DNA from: Auanema rhodensis
Taxonomy: Eukaryota > Animalia > Nematoda
DNA: 64,000 nucleotides
Reading direction: 5' to 3'
NCBI GenBank assembly: GCA_964057225.1
Contig: OZ059895.1
Location: 21,452,001 to 21,516,000, forward strand
This document shows positions 40,801 through 56,100 of the stretch, piece after piece. The position numbers and the translations under genes are program-made. The stretch's first letter is position 1. Every line of letters begins with the position of its first letter. The notes beneath the pieces are model-generated. The model did not search any database and was not told where the DNA came from. It saw only the letters and a program-made list of their open reading frames with translations.

Positions 40801-43800
40801 CAATGTTGAGTGTACATGGAAACTCAACATACACTAATGCATCATTTTTCAAACGATCATAACTAATTTTTCTATAAAGCGTTTCTCAATGTAGTATAGT
40901 GCATTCGATGCGGATTTTTAAGCTGCGTCGATCTGTGTTATCAGATTTGCGCTAGCTTAAAAATGCACCGAGATATCAACTGATATAAGTTCACACTTAT
41001 ATCCTCGATTTTCACCCTGAAGAATTGATTTTTTCGTTGAATAACATTGTCCATCGTCTTTGCCTTGAAAAAAGGAATCTAAAAACATCTACTTTTTGAT
41101 AAATTATTTTAAAATTTCTCGAAAAAATTTTTGTCAAAATGTTTTTGGAAGCAATGTTGAGTGTACATGGAAACTCAACATACACTAATGCATCATTTTT
41201 CAAACGATCATAACTAATTTTTCTATAAAGCGTTTCTCAATGTAGTATAGTGCATTCGATGCGGATTTTTAAGCTGCGTCGATCTGTGTTATCAGATTTG
41301 CGCTAGCTTAAAAATGCACCGAGATATCAACTGATATAAGTTCACACTTATATCCTCGATTTTCACCCTGAAGAATTGATTTTTTCGTTGAATAACATTG
41401 TCCATCGTCTTTGCCTTGAAAAAAGGAATCTGAAAACATCTACTTTTGCTAGATTATTTTGAAATTTCTCGAAAAAATTTTTGTCAAAATGTTTTTGGAA
41501 GCAATGTTGAGTGTACATGGAAACTCAACATACACTAATGCATCATTTTTCAAACGATCATAACTAATTTTTCTATAAAGCGTTTCTCAATGTAGTATAG
41601 TGCATTCGATGCGGATTTTTAAGCTGCGTCGATCTGTGTTATCAGATTTGCGCTAGCTTAAAAATGCACCGAGATATCAACTGATATAAGTTCACACTTA
41701 TATCCTCGATTTTCACCCTGAAGAATTAATTTTTTCGTTGAATAACATTGTCCATCGTCTTTGCCTTGAAAAAAGGAATCTAAAAACATCTACTTTTTCA
41801 TAAATTATTTTAAAATTTTTCGAAAAAATTTTTGTCAAAATGTTTTGGAAGCAATGTTGAGTGTACATGGAAACTCAACATACACTAATGCATAATTTTT
41901 CAAACGATCATAACTAATTTTTCTATAAAGCGTTTCTCAATGTAGTATAGTGCATTCGATGCGGATTTTTAAGCTGCGTCGATCTGTGTTATCAGATTTG
42001 CGCTAGCTTAAAAATGCACCGAGATATCAACTGATATAAGTTCACACTTATATCCTCGATTTTCACCCTGAAGAATTGATTTTTTCGTTGAATAACATTG
42101 TCCATCGTCTTTGCCTTGAAAAAAGGAATCTAAAAACATCTACTTTTTGATAAATTATTTTAAAATTTCTCGAAAAAATTTTTGTCAAAATGTTTTTGGA
42201 AGCAATGTTGAGTGTACATGGAAACTCAACATACACTAATGCATCATTTTTCAAACGATCATAACTAATTTTTCTATAAAGCGTTTCTCAATGTAGTATA
42301 GTGCATTCGATGCGGATTTTTAAGCTGCGTCGATCTGTGTTATCAGATTTGCGCTAGCTTAAAAATGCACCGAGATATCAACTGATATAAGTTCACACTT
42401 ATATCCTCGATTTTCACCCTGAAGAATTGATTTTTTCTTTGAATAACATTGTCCATCGTCTTTGCCTTGAAAAAAGGAATCTGAAAACATCTACTTTTGC
42501 TAGATTATTTTGAAATTTCTCGAAAAAATTTTTGTCAAAATGTTTTTGGAAGCAATGTTGAGTGTACATGGAAACTCAACATACACTAATGCATCATTTT
42601 TCAAACGATCATAACTAATTTTTCTATAAAGCGTTTCTCAATGTAGTATAGTGCATTCGATGCGGATTTTTAAGCTGCGTCGATCTGTGTTATCAGATTT
42701 GCGCTAGCTTAAAAATGCACCGAGATATCAACTGATATAAGTTCACACTTATATCCTCGATTTTCACCCTGAAGAATTAATTTTTTCGTTGAATAACATT
42801 GTCCATCGTCTTTGCCTTGAAAAAAGGAATCTAAAAACATCTACTTTTTCATAAATTATTTTAAAATTTTTCGAAAAAATTTTTGTCAAAATGTTTTGGA
42901 AGCAATGTTGAGTGTACATGGAAACTCAACATACACTAATGCATAATTTTTCAAACGATCATAACTAATTTTTCTATAAAGCGTTTCTCAATGTAGTATA
43001 GTGCATTCGATGCGGATTTTTAAGCTGCGTCGATCTGTGTTATCAGATTTGCGCTAGCTTAAAAATGCACCGAGATATCAACTGATATAAGTTCACACTT
43101 ATATCCTCGATTTTCACCCTGACGAATTAATTTTTTCGTTGAATAACAATGTCCATCGTCTTTGCCTTGAAAAAAGGAATCTAAAAACATCTACTTTTTG
43201 CTAAATTATATTGAAATTTTTCGAAAAAATTTTTGTCAAAATGTTTTTGGAAGCAATGTTGAGTGTACATGGAAACTCAACATACACTAATGCATCATTT
43301 TTCAAACGATCATAACTAATTTTTCTATAAAGCGTTTCTCAATGTAGTATAGTGCATTCGATGCGGATTTTTAAGCTGCGTCGATCTGTGTTATCAGATT
43401 TGCGCTAGCTTAAAAATGCACCGAGATATCAACTGATATAAGTTCACACTTATATCCTCGATTTTCAACCTGAAGAATTAATTTTTTCGTTGAATAACAT
43501 TGTCCATCGTCTTTGCCTTGAAAAAAGGAATTTAAAAACATCTACTTTTGCTAGATTATTTTGAAATTTCTCGAAAAAATTTTTGTCAAAATGTTTTTGG
43601 AAGCAATGTTGAGTGTACATGGAAACTCAACATACAATAATGCATCATTTTTCAAACGATCATAACTAATTTTTCTATAAAGCGTTTCTCAATGTAGTAT
43701 AGTGCATTCGATGCGGATTTTTAAGCTGCGTCGATCTGTGTTATCAGATTTGCGCTAGCTTAAAAATGCACCGAGATATCAACTGATATAAGTTCACACT

Positions 43801-46800
43801 TATATCCTCGATTTTCACCCTGAAGAATTGATTTTTTCGTTGAATAACATTGTCCATCGTCTTTGCCTTGAAAAAAGGAATCTAAAAACATCTACTTTTG
43901 CTGGATTATTTTGAAATTTCTCGAAAAAATTTTTGTCAAAATGTTTTTGGAAGCAATGTTGAGTGTACATGGAAACTCAACATACACTAATGCATAATTT
44001 TTCAAACGATCATAACTAATTTTTGTATTAAGCGTTTCTCAATGTAGTATAGTGCATTCGATGCGGATTTTTAAGCTGCGTCGATCTGTGTTATCAGATT
44101 TGCGCTAGCTTAAAAATGCACCGAGATATCAACTGATATAAGTTCACACTTATATCCTCGATTTTCACCCTGAAGAATTGATTTTTTCGTTGAATAACAT
44201 TGTCCATCGTCTTTGCCTTGAAAAAAGGAATCTAAAAACATCTACTTTTGCTAGATTATTTTGAAATTTCTCGAAAAAATTTTTGTCAAAATGTTTTTGG
44301 AAGCAATGTTGAGTGTACATGGAAACTCAACATACACTAATGCATCATTTTTCAAACGATCATAACTAATTTTTCTATAAAGCGTTTCTCAATGTAGTAT
44401 AGTGCATTCGATGCGGATTTTTAAGCTGCGTCGATCTGTGTTATCAGATTTGCGCTAGCTTAAAAATGCACCGAGATATCAACTGATATAAGTTCACACT
44501 TATATCCTCGATTTTCACCCTGAAGAATTAATTTTTTCGTTGAATAACATTGTCCATCGTCTTTGCCTTAAAAAAAGGAATCTAAAAACATCTACTTTTT
44601 GATAAATTATTTTAAAATTTTTCGAAAAAATTTTTGTCAAAATGTTTTTGGAAGCAATGTTGAGTGTACATGGAAACTCAACATACACTAATGCATAATT
44701 TTTCAAACGATCATAACTAATTTTTGTATTAAGCGTTTCTCAATGTAGTATAGTGCATTCGATGCGGATTTTTAAGCTGCGTCGATCTGTGTTATCAGAT
44801 TTGCGCTAGCTTAAAAATGCACCGAGATATCAACTGATATAAGTTCACACTTATATCCTCGATTTTCACCCTGAAGAATTAATTTTTTCGTTGAATAACA
44901 ATGTCCATCGTCTTTGCCTTGAAAAAAGGAATCTAAAAACATCTACTTTTTGCTAAATTATATTGAAATTTTTCGAAAAAATTTTTGTCAAAATGTTTTT
45001 GGAAGCAATGTTGAGTGTACATGGAAACTCAACATACACTAATGCATCATTTTTCAAACGATCATAACTAATTTTTCTATAAAGCGTTTCTCAATGTAGT
45101 ATAGTGCATTCGATGCGGATTTTTAAGCTGCGTCGATCTGTGTTATCAGATTTGCGCTAGCTTAAAAATGCACCGAGATATCAACTGATATAAGTTCACA
45201 CTTATATCCTCGATTTTCACCCTGAAGAATTAATTTTTTCGTTGAATAACAATGTCCATCGTCTTTGCCTTGAAAAAAGGAATCTAAAAACATCTACTTT
45301 TTGCTAAATTATATTGAAATTTTTCGAAAAAATTTTTGTCAAAATGTTTTTGGAAGCAATGTTGAGTGTACATGGAAACTCAACATACACTAATGCATCA
45401 TTTTTCAAACGATCATAACTAATTTTTCTATAAAGCGTTTCTCAATGTAGTATAGTGCATTCGAAGCGGATTTTTAAGCTGCGTCGATCTGTGTTATCAG
45501 ATTTGCGCTAGCTTAAAAATGCACCGAGATATCAACTGATATAAGTTCTTACTTATATCCTCGATTTTCACCCTGAAGAATTGATTTTTTCGTTGAATAA
45601 CATTGTCCATCGTCTTTGCCTTAAAAAAAGGAATCTAAAAACATCTACTTTTTGCTAAATTATATTGAAATTTCTCGAAAAAATTTTTGTCAAAATGTTT
45701 TTGGAAGCAATGTTGAGTGTACATGGAAACTCAACATACACTAATGCATCATTTTTCAAACGATCATAACTAATTTTTCTATAAAGCGTTTCTCAATGTA
45801 GTATAGTGCATTCGATGCGGATTTTTAAGCTGCGTCGATCTGTGTTATCAGATTTGCGCTAGCTTAAAAATGCACCGAGATATCAACTGAAATAAGTTCA
45901 CACTTATATCCTCGATTTTCACCCTGAAGAATTAATTTTTTCGTTGAATAACATTGTCCATCGTCTTTGCCTTAAAAAAAGGAATCTAAAAACATCTACT
46001 TTTTGATAAATTATTTTAAAATTTTTCGAAAAAATTTTTGTCAAAATGTTTTTGGAAGCAATGTTGAGTGTACATGGAAACTCAACATACACTAATGCAT
46101 CATTTTTCAAACGATCATAACTAATTTTTCTATAAAGCGTTTCTCAATGTAGTATAGTGCATTCGATGCGGATTTTTAAGCTGCGTCGATCTGTGTTCTC
46201 AGATTTGCGCTAGCTTAAAAATGTACCGAGATATCAACTGATATAAGTTCACACTTATATCCTCGATTTTCACCCTGAAGAATTAATTTTTTCGTTGAAT
46301 AACATTGTCCATCGTCTTTGCCTTAAAAAAAGGAATCTAAAAACATCTACTTGTGCTAGATTATTTTGAAATTTCTCGAAAAAATTTTTGTCAAAATGTT
46401 TTTGGAAGCAATGTTGAGTGTACATGGAAACTCAACATACACTAATGCATCATTTTTCAAACGATCATAACTAATTTTTCTATAAAGCGTTTCTCAATGT
46501 AGTATAGTGCATTCGATGCTGATTTTTAAGCTGCGTCGATCTGTGTTATCAGATTTGCGCTAGCTTAAAAATGCACCGAGATATCAACTGATATAAGTTC
46601 ACACTTATATCCTCGATTTTCACCCTGAAGAATTAATTTTTTCGTTGAATAACATTGTCCATCGTCTTTGCCTTGAAAAAAGGAATCTAAAAACATCTAC
46701 TTTTTCATAAATTATTTTAAAATTTTTCGAAAAAATTTTTGTCAAAATGTTTTGGAAGCAATGTTGAGTGTACATGGAAACTCAACATACACTAATGCAT

Positions 46801-49800
46801 AATTTTTCAAACGATCATAACTAATTTTTCTATAAAGCGTTTCTCAATGTAGTATAGTGCATTCGATGCGGATTTTTAAGCTGCGTCGATCTGTGTTATC
46901 AGATTTGCGCTAGCTTAAAAATGCACCGAGATATCAACTGATATAAGTTCACACTTATATCCTCGATTTTCACCCTGACGAATTAATTTTTTCGTTGAAT
47001 AACAATGTCCATCGTCTTTGCCTTGAAAAAAGGAATCTAAAAACATCTACTTTTTGCTAAATTATATTGAAATTTTTCGAAAAAATTTTTGTCAAAATGT
47101 TTTTGGAAGCAATGTTGAGTGTACATGGAAACTCAACATACACTAATGCATCATTTTTCAAACGATCATAACTAATTTTTCTATAAAGCGTTTCTCAATG
47201 TAGTATAGTGCATTCGATGCGGATTTTTAAGCTGCGTCGATCTGTGTTATCAGATTTGCGCTAGCTTAAAAATGCACCGAGATATCAACTGATATAAGTT
47301 CACACTTATATCCTCGATTTTCAACCTGAAGAATTAATTTTTTCGTTGAATAACATTGTCCATCGTCTTTGCCTTGAAAAAAGGAATTTAAAAACATCTA
47401 CTTTTGCTAGATTATTTTGAAATTTCTCGAAAAAATTTTTGTCAAAATGTTTTTGGAAGCAATGTTGAGTGTACATGGAAACTCAACATACAATAATGCA
47501 TCATTTTTCAAACGATCATAACTAATTTTTCTATAAAGCGTTTCTCAATGTAGTATAGTGCATTCGATGCGGATTTTTAAGCTGCGTCGATCTGTGTTAT
47601 CAGATTTGCGCTAGCTTAAAAATGCACCGAGATATCAACTGATATAAGTTCACACTTATATCCTCGATTTTCACCCTGAAGAATTGATTTTTTCGTTGAA
47701 TAACATTGTCCATCGTCTTTGCCTTGAAAAAAGGAATCTAAAAACATCTACTTTTGCTGGATTATTTTGAAATTTCTCGAAAAAATTTTTGTCAAAATGT
47801 TTTTGGAAGCAATGTTGAGTGTACATGGAAACTCAACATACACTAATGCATAATTTTTCAAACGATCATAACTAATTTTTGTATTAAGCGTTTCTCAATG
47901 TAGTATAGTGCATTCGATGCGGATTTTTAAGCTGCGTCGATCTGTGTTATCAGATTTGCGCTAGCTAAAAATGCACCGAGATATCAACTGATATAAGTTC
48001 ACACTTATATCCTCGATTTTCACCCTGAAGAATTGATTTTTTCGTTGAATAACATTGTCCATCGTCTTTGCCTTGAAAAAAGGAATCTAAAAACATCTAC
48101 TTTTGCTAGATTATTTTGAAATTTCTCGAAAAAATTTTTGTCAAAATGTTTTTGGAAGCAATGTTGAGTGTACATGGAAACTCAACATACACTAATGCAT
48201 CATTTTTCAAACGATCATAACTAATTTTTCTATAAAGCGTTTCTCAATGTAGTATAGTGCATTCGATGCGGATTTTTAAGCTGCGTCGATCTGTGTTATC
48301 AGATTTGCGCTAGCTTAAAAATGCACCGAGATATCAACTGATATAAGTTCACACTTATATCCTCGATTTTCACCCTGAAGAATTAATTTTTTCGTTGAAT
48401 AACATTGTCCATCGTCTTTGCCTTAAAAAAAGGAATCTAAAAACATCTACTTTTTGATAAATTATTTTAAAATTTTTCGAAAAAATTTTTGTCAAAATGT
48501 TTTTGGAAGCAATGTTGAGTGTACATGGAAACTCAACATACACTAATGCATAATTTTTCAAACGATCATAACTAATTTTTGTATTAAGCGTTTCTCAATG
48601 TAGTATAGTGCATTCGATGCGGATTTTTAAGCTGCGTCGATCTGTGTTATCAGATTTGCGCTAGCTTAAAAATGCACCGAGATATCAACTGATATAAGTT
48701 CACACTTATATCCTCGATTTTCACCCTGAAGAATTAATTTTTTCGTTGAATAACAATGTCCATCGTCTTTGCCTTGAAAAAAGGAATCTAAAAACATCTA
48801 CTTTTTGCTAAATTATATTGAAATTTTTCGAAAAAATTTTTGTCAAAATGTTTTTGGAAGCAATGTTGAGTGTACATGGAAACTCAACATACACTAATGC
48901 ATCATTTTTCAAACGATCATAACTAATTTTTCTATAAAGCGTTTCTCAATGTAGTATAGTGCATTCGATGCGGATTTTTAAGCTGCGTCGATCTGTGTTA
49001 TCAGATTTGCGCTAGCTTAAAAATGCACCGAGATATCAACTGATATAAGTTCTTACTTATATCCTCGATTTTCACCCTGAAGAATTGATTTTTTCGTTGA
49101 ATAACATTGTCCATCGTCTTTGCCTTAAAAAAAGGAATCTAAAAACATCTACTTTTTGCTAAATTATATTGAAATTTCTCGAAAAAATTTTTGTCAAAAT
49201 GTTTTTGGAAGCAATGTTGAGTGTACATGGAAACTCAACATACACTAATGCATCATTTTTCAAACGATCATAACTAATTTTTCTATAAAGCGTTTCTCAA
49301 TGTAGTATAGTGCATTCGATGCGGATTTTTAAGCTGCGTCGATCTGTGTTATCAGATTTGCGCTAGCTTAAAAATGCACCGAGATATCAACTGAAATAAG
49401 TTCACACTTATATCCTCGATTTTCACCCTGAAGAATTAATTTTTTCGTTGAATAACATTGTCCATCGTCTTTGCCTTAAAAAAAGGAATCTAAAAACATC
49501 TACTTTTTGATAAATTATTTTAAAATTTTTCGAAAAAATTTTTGTCAAAATGTTTTTGGAAGCAATGTTGAGTGTACATGGAAACTCAACATACACTAAT
49601 GCATCATTTTTCAAACGATCATAACTAATTTTTCTATAAAGCGTTTCTCAATGTAGTATAGTGCATTCGATGCGGATTTTTAAGCTGCGTCGATCTGTGT
49701 TCTCAGATTTGCGCTAGCTTAAAAATGTACCGAGATATCAACTGATATAAGTTCACACTTATATCCTCGATTTTCACCCTGAAGAATTAATTTTTTCGTT

Positions 49801-50100
49801 GAATAACATTGTCCATCGTCTTTGCCTTAAAAAAAGGAATCTAAAAACATCTACTTGTGCTAGATTATTTTGAAATTTCTCGAAAAAATTTTTGTCAAAA
49901 TGTTTTTGGAAGCAATGTTGAGTGTACATGGAAACTCAACATACACTAATGCATCATTTTTCAAACGATCATAACTAATTTTTCTATAAAGCGTTTCTCA
50001 ATGTAGTATAGTGCATTCGATGCGGATTTTTAAGCTGCGTCGATCTGTGTTATCAGATTTGCGCTAGCTTAAAAATGCACCGAGATATCAACTGATATAA
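37858..50100. repeat. Three related copies of a 10-12-monomer block
   Basis: The private marker gctggatt is at 39695, 43900 and 47756 (4205 and 3856 apart). gacgaatt is at 43121 and 46977. ORF variants at 45919 and 49423 are 3504 apart. Confidence 0.82.
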
Positions 50101-53100
50101 GTTCACACTTATATCCTCGATTTTCACCCTGAAGAATTGATTTTTTCGTTGAATAACATTGTCCATCGTCTTTGCCTTGAAAAAAGGAATCTAAAAACAT
50201 CTACTTTTGCTAGATTATTTTAAAATTTTTCGAAAAAATTTTTGTCAAAATGTTTTTGGAAGCAATGTTGAGTGTACATGGAAACTCAACATACACTAAT
50301 GCATCATTTTTCAAACGATCATAACTAATTTTTCTATAAAGCGTTTCTCAATGTAGTATAGTGCATTCGATGCGGATTTTTAAGCTGCGTCGATCTGTGT
50401 TCTCAGATTTGCGCTAGCTTAAAAATGCACCGAGATATCAACTGATATAAGTTCACACTTATATCCTCGATTTTCACCCTGAAGAATTAATTTTTTCGTT
50501 GAATAACATTGTCCATCGTCTTTGCCTTAAAAAAAGGAATCTAAAAACATCTACTTGTGCTAGATTATTTTGAAATTTCTCGAAAAAATTTTTGTCAAAA
50601 TGTTTTTGGAAGCAATGTTGAGTGTACATGGAAACTCAACATACACTAATGCATCATTTTTCAAACGATCATAACTAATTTTTCTATAAAGCGTTTCTCA
50701 ATGTAGTATAGTGCATTCGATGCGGATTTTTAAGCTGCGTCGATCTGTGTTATCAGATTTGCGCTAGCTTAAAAATGCACCGAGATATCAACTGATATAA
50801 GTTCACACTTATATCCTCGATTTTCACCCTGAAGAATTGATTTTTTCGTTGAATAACATTGTCCATCGTCTTTGCCTTGAAAAAAGGAATCTAAAAACAT
50901 CTACTTTTGCTAGATTATTTTGAAATTTCTCGAAAAAATTTTTGTCAAAATGTTTTTGGAAGCAATGTTGAGTGTACATGGAAACTCAACATACACTAAT
51001 GCATCATTTTTCAAACGATCATAACTAATTTTTCTATAAAGCGTTTCTCAATGTAGTATAGTGCATTCGATGCGGATTTTTAAGCTGCGTCGATCTGTGT
51101 TATCAGATTTGCGCTAGCTTAAAAATGCACCGAGATATCAACTGATATAAGTTCACACTTATATCCTCGATTTTCACCCTGAAGAATTAATTTTTTCGTT
51201 GAATAACATTGTCTATCGTCTTTGCCTTAAAAAAAGGAATCTAAAAACATCTACTTTTTGATAAATTATTTTAAAATTTTTCGAAAAAATTTTTGTCAAA
51301 ATGTTTTTGGAAGCAATGTTGAGTGTACATGGAAACTCAACATACACTAATGCATCATTTTTCAAACGATCATAACTAATTTTTCTATACAGCGTTTCTC
51401 AATGTAGTATAGTGCATTCGATGCGGATTTTTAAGCTGCGTCGATCTGTGTTATCAGATTTGCGCTAGCTTAAAAATGCACCGAGATATCAACTGATATA
51501 AGTTCACACTTATATCCTCGATTTTCACCCTGAAGAATTGATTTTTTCGTTGAATAACATTGTCCATCGTCTTTGCCTTGAAAAAAGGAATCTAAAAACA
51601 TCTACTTTTGCTAGATTATTTTGAAATTTCTCGAAAAAATTTTTGTCAAAATGTTTTTGGAAGCAATGTTGAGTGTACATGGAAACTCAACATACACTAA
51701 TGCATCATTTTTCAAACGATCATAACTAATTTTTCTATAAAGCGTTTCTCAATGTAGTATAGTGCATTCGATGCGGATTTTTAAGCTGCGTCGATCTGTG
51801 TTATCAGATTTGCGCTAGCTTAAAAATGCACCGAGATATCAACTGATATAAGTTCACACTTATATCCTCGATTTTCACCCTGAAGAATTAATTTTTTCGT
51901 TGAATAACATTGTCCATCGTCTTTGCCTTAAAAAAAGGAATCTAAAAACATCTACTTTTTGATGAATTATTTTAAAATTTTTCGAAAAAATTTTTGTCAA
52001 AATGTTTTTGGAAGCAATGTTGAGTGTACATGGAAACTCAACATACACTAATGCATAATTTTTCAAACGATCATAACTAATTTTTGTATTAAGCGTTTCT
52101 CAATGTAGTATAGTGCATTCGATGCGGATTTTTAAGCTGCGTCGATCTGTGTTATCAGATTTGCGCTAGCTTAAAAATGCACCGAGATATCAACTGATAT
52201 AAGTTCACACTTATATCCTCGATTTTCACCCTGAAGAATTAATTTTTTCGTTGAATAACATTGTCCATCGTCTTTGCCTTAAAAAAAGGAATCTAAAAAC
52301 ATCTACTTTTTGATAAATTATTTTAAAATTTTTCGAAAAAATTTTTGTCAAAATGTTTTTGGAAGCAATGTTGAGTGTACATGGAAACTCAACATACACT
52401 AATGCATAATTTTTCAAACGATCATAACTAATTTTTGTATTAAGCGTTTCTCAATGTAGTATAGTGCATTCGATGCGGATTTTTGAGCTGCGTCGATCTG
52501 TGTTATCAGATTTGCGCTAGCTTAAAAATGCACCGAGATATCAACTGATATAAGTTCACGCTTATATCCTCGATTTTCACCCTGTAGAATTAATTTTTTC
52601 GTTGAATAACAATGTCCATCGTCTTTGCCTTGAAAAAAGGAATCTAAAAACATCTACTTTTTGCTAAATTATATTGAAATTTTTCGAAAAAAGTTTTGTC
52701 AAAATGTTTTTGGAAGCTATGTTGAGTGTACATGGAAACTCAACATACACTAATGCATCATTTTTCAAACGATCATAACTAATTTTTCTATAAAGCGTTT
52801 CTCAATGTAGTATAGTGCATTCGATGCGGATTTTTAAGCTGCGTCGATCTGTGTTATCAGATTTGCGCTAGCTTAAAAATGCACCGAGATATCAACTGAT
52901 ATAAGTTCACACTTATATCCTCGATTTTCACCCTGAAGAATTAATTTTTTCGTTGAATAACATTGTCCATCGTCTTTGCCTTAAAAAAAGGAATCTAAAA
53001 ACATCTACTTTTTGATGAATTATTTTAAAATTTTTCGAAAAAATTTTTGTCAAAATGTTTTTGGAAGCAATGTTGAGTGTACATGGAAACTCAACATACA

Positions 53101-56100
53101 CTAATGCATAATTTTTCAAACGATCATAACTAATTTTTGTATTAAGCGTTTCTCAATGTAGTATAGTGCATTCGATGCGGATTTTTAAGCTGCGTCGATC
53201 TGTGTTATCAGATTTGCGCTAGCTTAAAAATGCACCGAGATATCAACTGATATAAGTTCACACTTATATCCTCGATTTTCACCCTGAAGAATTAATTTTT
53301 TCGTTGAATAACATTGTCCATCGTCTTTGCCTTAAAAAAAGGAATCTAAAAACATCTACTTTTTGATAAATTATTTTAAAATTTTTCGAAAAAATTTTTG
53401 TCAAAATGTTTTTGGAAGCAATGTTGAGTGTACATGGAAACTCAACATACACTAATGCATAATTTTTCAAACGATCATAACTAATTTTTGTATTGAGCGT
53501 TTCTCAATGTAGTATAGTGCATTCGATGCGGATTTTTGAGCTGCGTCGATCTGTGTTATCAGATTTGCGCTAGCTTAAAAATGCACCGAGATATCAACTG
53601 ATATAAGTTCACACTTATATCCTCGATTTTCACCCTGAAGAATTAATTTTTTCGTTGAATAACAATGTCCATCGTCTTTGCCTTGAAAAAAGGAATCTAA
53701 AAACATCTACTTTTTGCTAAATTATATTGAAATTTTTCGAAAAAATTTTTGTCAAAATGTTTTTGGAAGCAATGTTGAGTGTACATGGAAACTCAACATA
53801 CACTAATGCATCATTTTTCAAACGATCATAACTAATTTTTCTATAAAGCGTTTCTCAATGTAGTATAGTGCATTCGATGCGGATTTTTAAGCTGCGTCGA
53901 TCTGTGTTATCAGATTTGCGCTAGCTTAAAAATGCACCGAGATATCAACTGATATAAGTTCACACTTATATCCTCGATTTTCACCCTGAGGAATTGATTT
54001 TTTCGTTGAATAACATTGTCCATCGTCTTTGCCTTGAAAAAAGGAATCTAAAAACATCTACTTTTGCTAGATTATTTTGAAATTTCTCGAAAAAATTTTT
54101 GTCAAAATGTTTTTGGAAGCAATGTTGAGTGTACATGGAAACTCAACATACACTAATGCATCATTTTTCAAACGATCATAACTAATTTTTCTATAAAGCG
54201 TTTCTCAATGTAGTATAGTGCATTCGATGCGGATTTTTAAGCTGCGTCGATCTGTGTTATCAGATTTGCGCTAGCTTAAAAATGCACCGAGATATCAACT
54301 GATATAAGTTCACACTTATATCCTCGATTTTCACCCTGAAGAATTGATTTTTTCGTTGAATAACATTGTCCATCGTCTTTGCCTTGAAAAAAGGAATCTA
54401 AAAACATCTACTTTTGCTAGATTATTTTGAAATTTCTCGAAAAAATTTTTGTCAAAATGTTTTTGGAAGCAATGTTGAGTGTACATGGAAACTCAACATA
54501 CACTAATGCATCATTTTTCAAACGATCATAACTAATTTTTGTATTAAGCGTTTCTCAGTGTAGTATAGTGCATTCGATGCGGATTTTTAAGCTGCGTCGA
54601 TCTGTGTTATCAGATTTGCGCTAGCTTAAAAATGCACCGAGATATCAACTGATATAAGTTCACACTTATATCCTCGATTTTCACCCTGAAGAATTGATTT
54701 TTTCGTTGAATAACATTGTCCATCGTCTTTGCCTTGAAAAAAGGAATCTAAAAACATCTACTTTTGCTAGATTATTTTGAAATTTCTCGAAAAAATTTTT
54801 GTCAAAATGTTTTTGGAAGCAATGTTGAGTGTACATGGAAACTCAACATACACTAATGCATCATTTTTCAAACGATCATAACTAATTTTTCTATAAAGCG
54901 TTTCTCAATGTAGTATAGTGCATTCGATGCGGATTTTTAAGCTGCGTCGATCTCTGTTATCAGATTTGCGCTAGCTTAAAAATGCACCGAGATATCAACT
55001 GATATAAGTTCACACTTATATCCTCGATTTTCACCCTGAAGAATTAATTTTTTCGTTGAATAACATTGTCCATCGTCTTTGCCTTAAAAAAAGGAATCTA
55101 AAAACATCTACTTTTTGATGAATTATTTTAAAATTTTTCGAAAAAATTTTTGTCAAAATGTTTTTGGAAGCAATGTTGAGTGTACATGGAAACTCAACAT
55201 ACACTAATGCATAATTTTTCAAACGATCATAACTAATTTTTGTATTAAGCGTTTCTCAATGTAGTATAGTGCATTCGATGCGGATTTTTAAGCTGCGTCG
55301 ATCTGTGTTATCAGATTTGCGCTAGCTTAAAAATGCACCGAGATATCAACTGATATAAGTTCACACTTATATCCTCGATTTTCACCCTGAAGAATTAATT
55401 TTTTCGTTGAATAACATTGTCCATCGTCTTTGCCTTAAAAAAAGGAATCTAAAAACATCTACTTTTTGATAAATTATTTTAAAATTTTTCGAAAAAATTT
55501 TTGTCAAAATGTTTTTGGAAGCAATGTTGAGTGTACATGGAAACTCAACATACACTAATGCATAATTTTTCAAACGATCATAACTAATTTTTGTATTAAG
55601 CGTTTCTCAATGTAGTATAGTGCATTCGATGCGGATTTTTGAGCTGCGTCGATCTGTGTTATCAGATTTGCGCTAGCTTAAAAATGCACCGAGATATCAA
55701 CTGATATAAGTTCACACTTATATCCTCGATTTTCACCCTGAAGAATTAATTTTTTCGTTGAATAACAATGTCCATCGTCTTTGCCTTGAAAAAAGGAATC
55801 TAAAAACATCTACTTTTTGCTAAATTATATTGAAATTTTTCGAAAAAATTTTTGTCAAAATGTTTTTGGAAGCAATGTTGAGTGTACATGGAAACTCAAC
55901 ATACACTAATGCATCATTTTTCAAACGATCATAACTAATTTTTCTATAAAGCGTTTCTCAATGTAGTATAGTGCATTCGATGCGGATTTTTAAGCTGCGT
56001 CGATCTGTGTTATCAGATTTGCGCTAGCTTAAAAATGCACCGAGATATCAACTGATATAAGTTCACACTTATATCCTCGATTTTCACCCTGAGGAATTGA

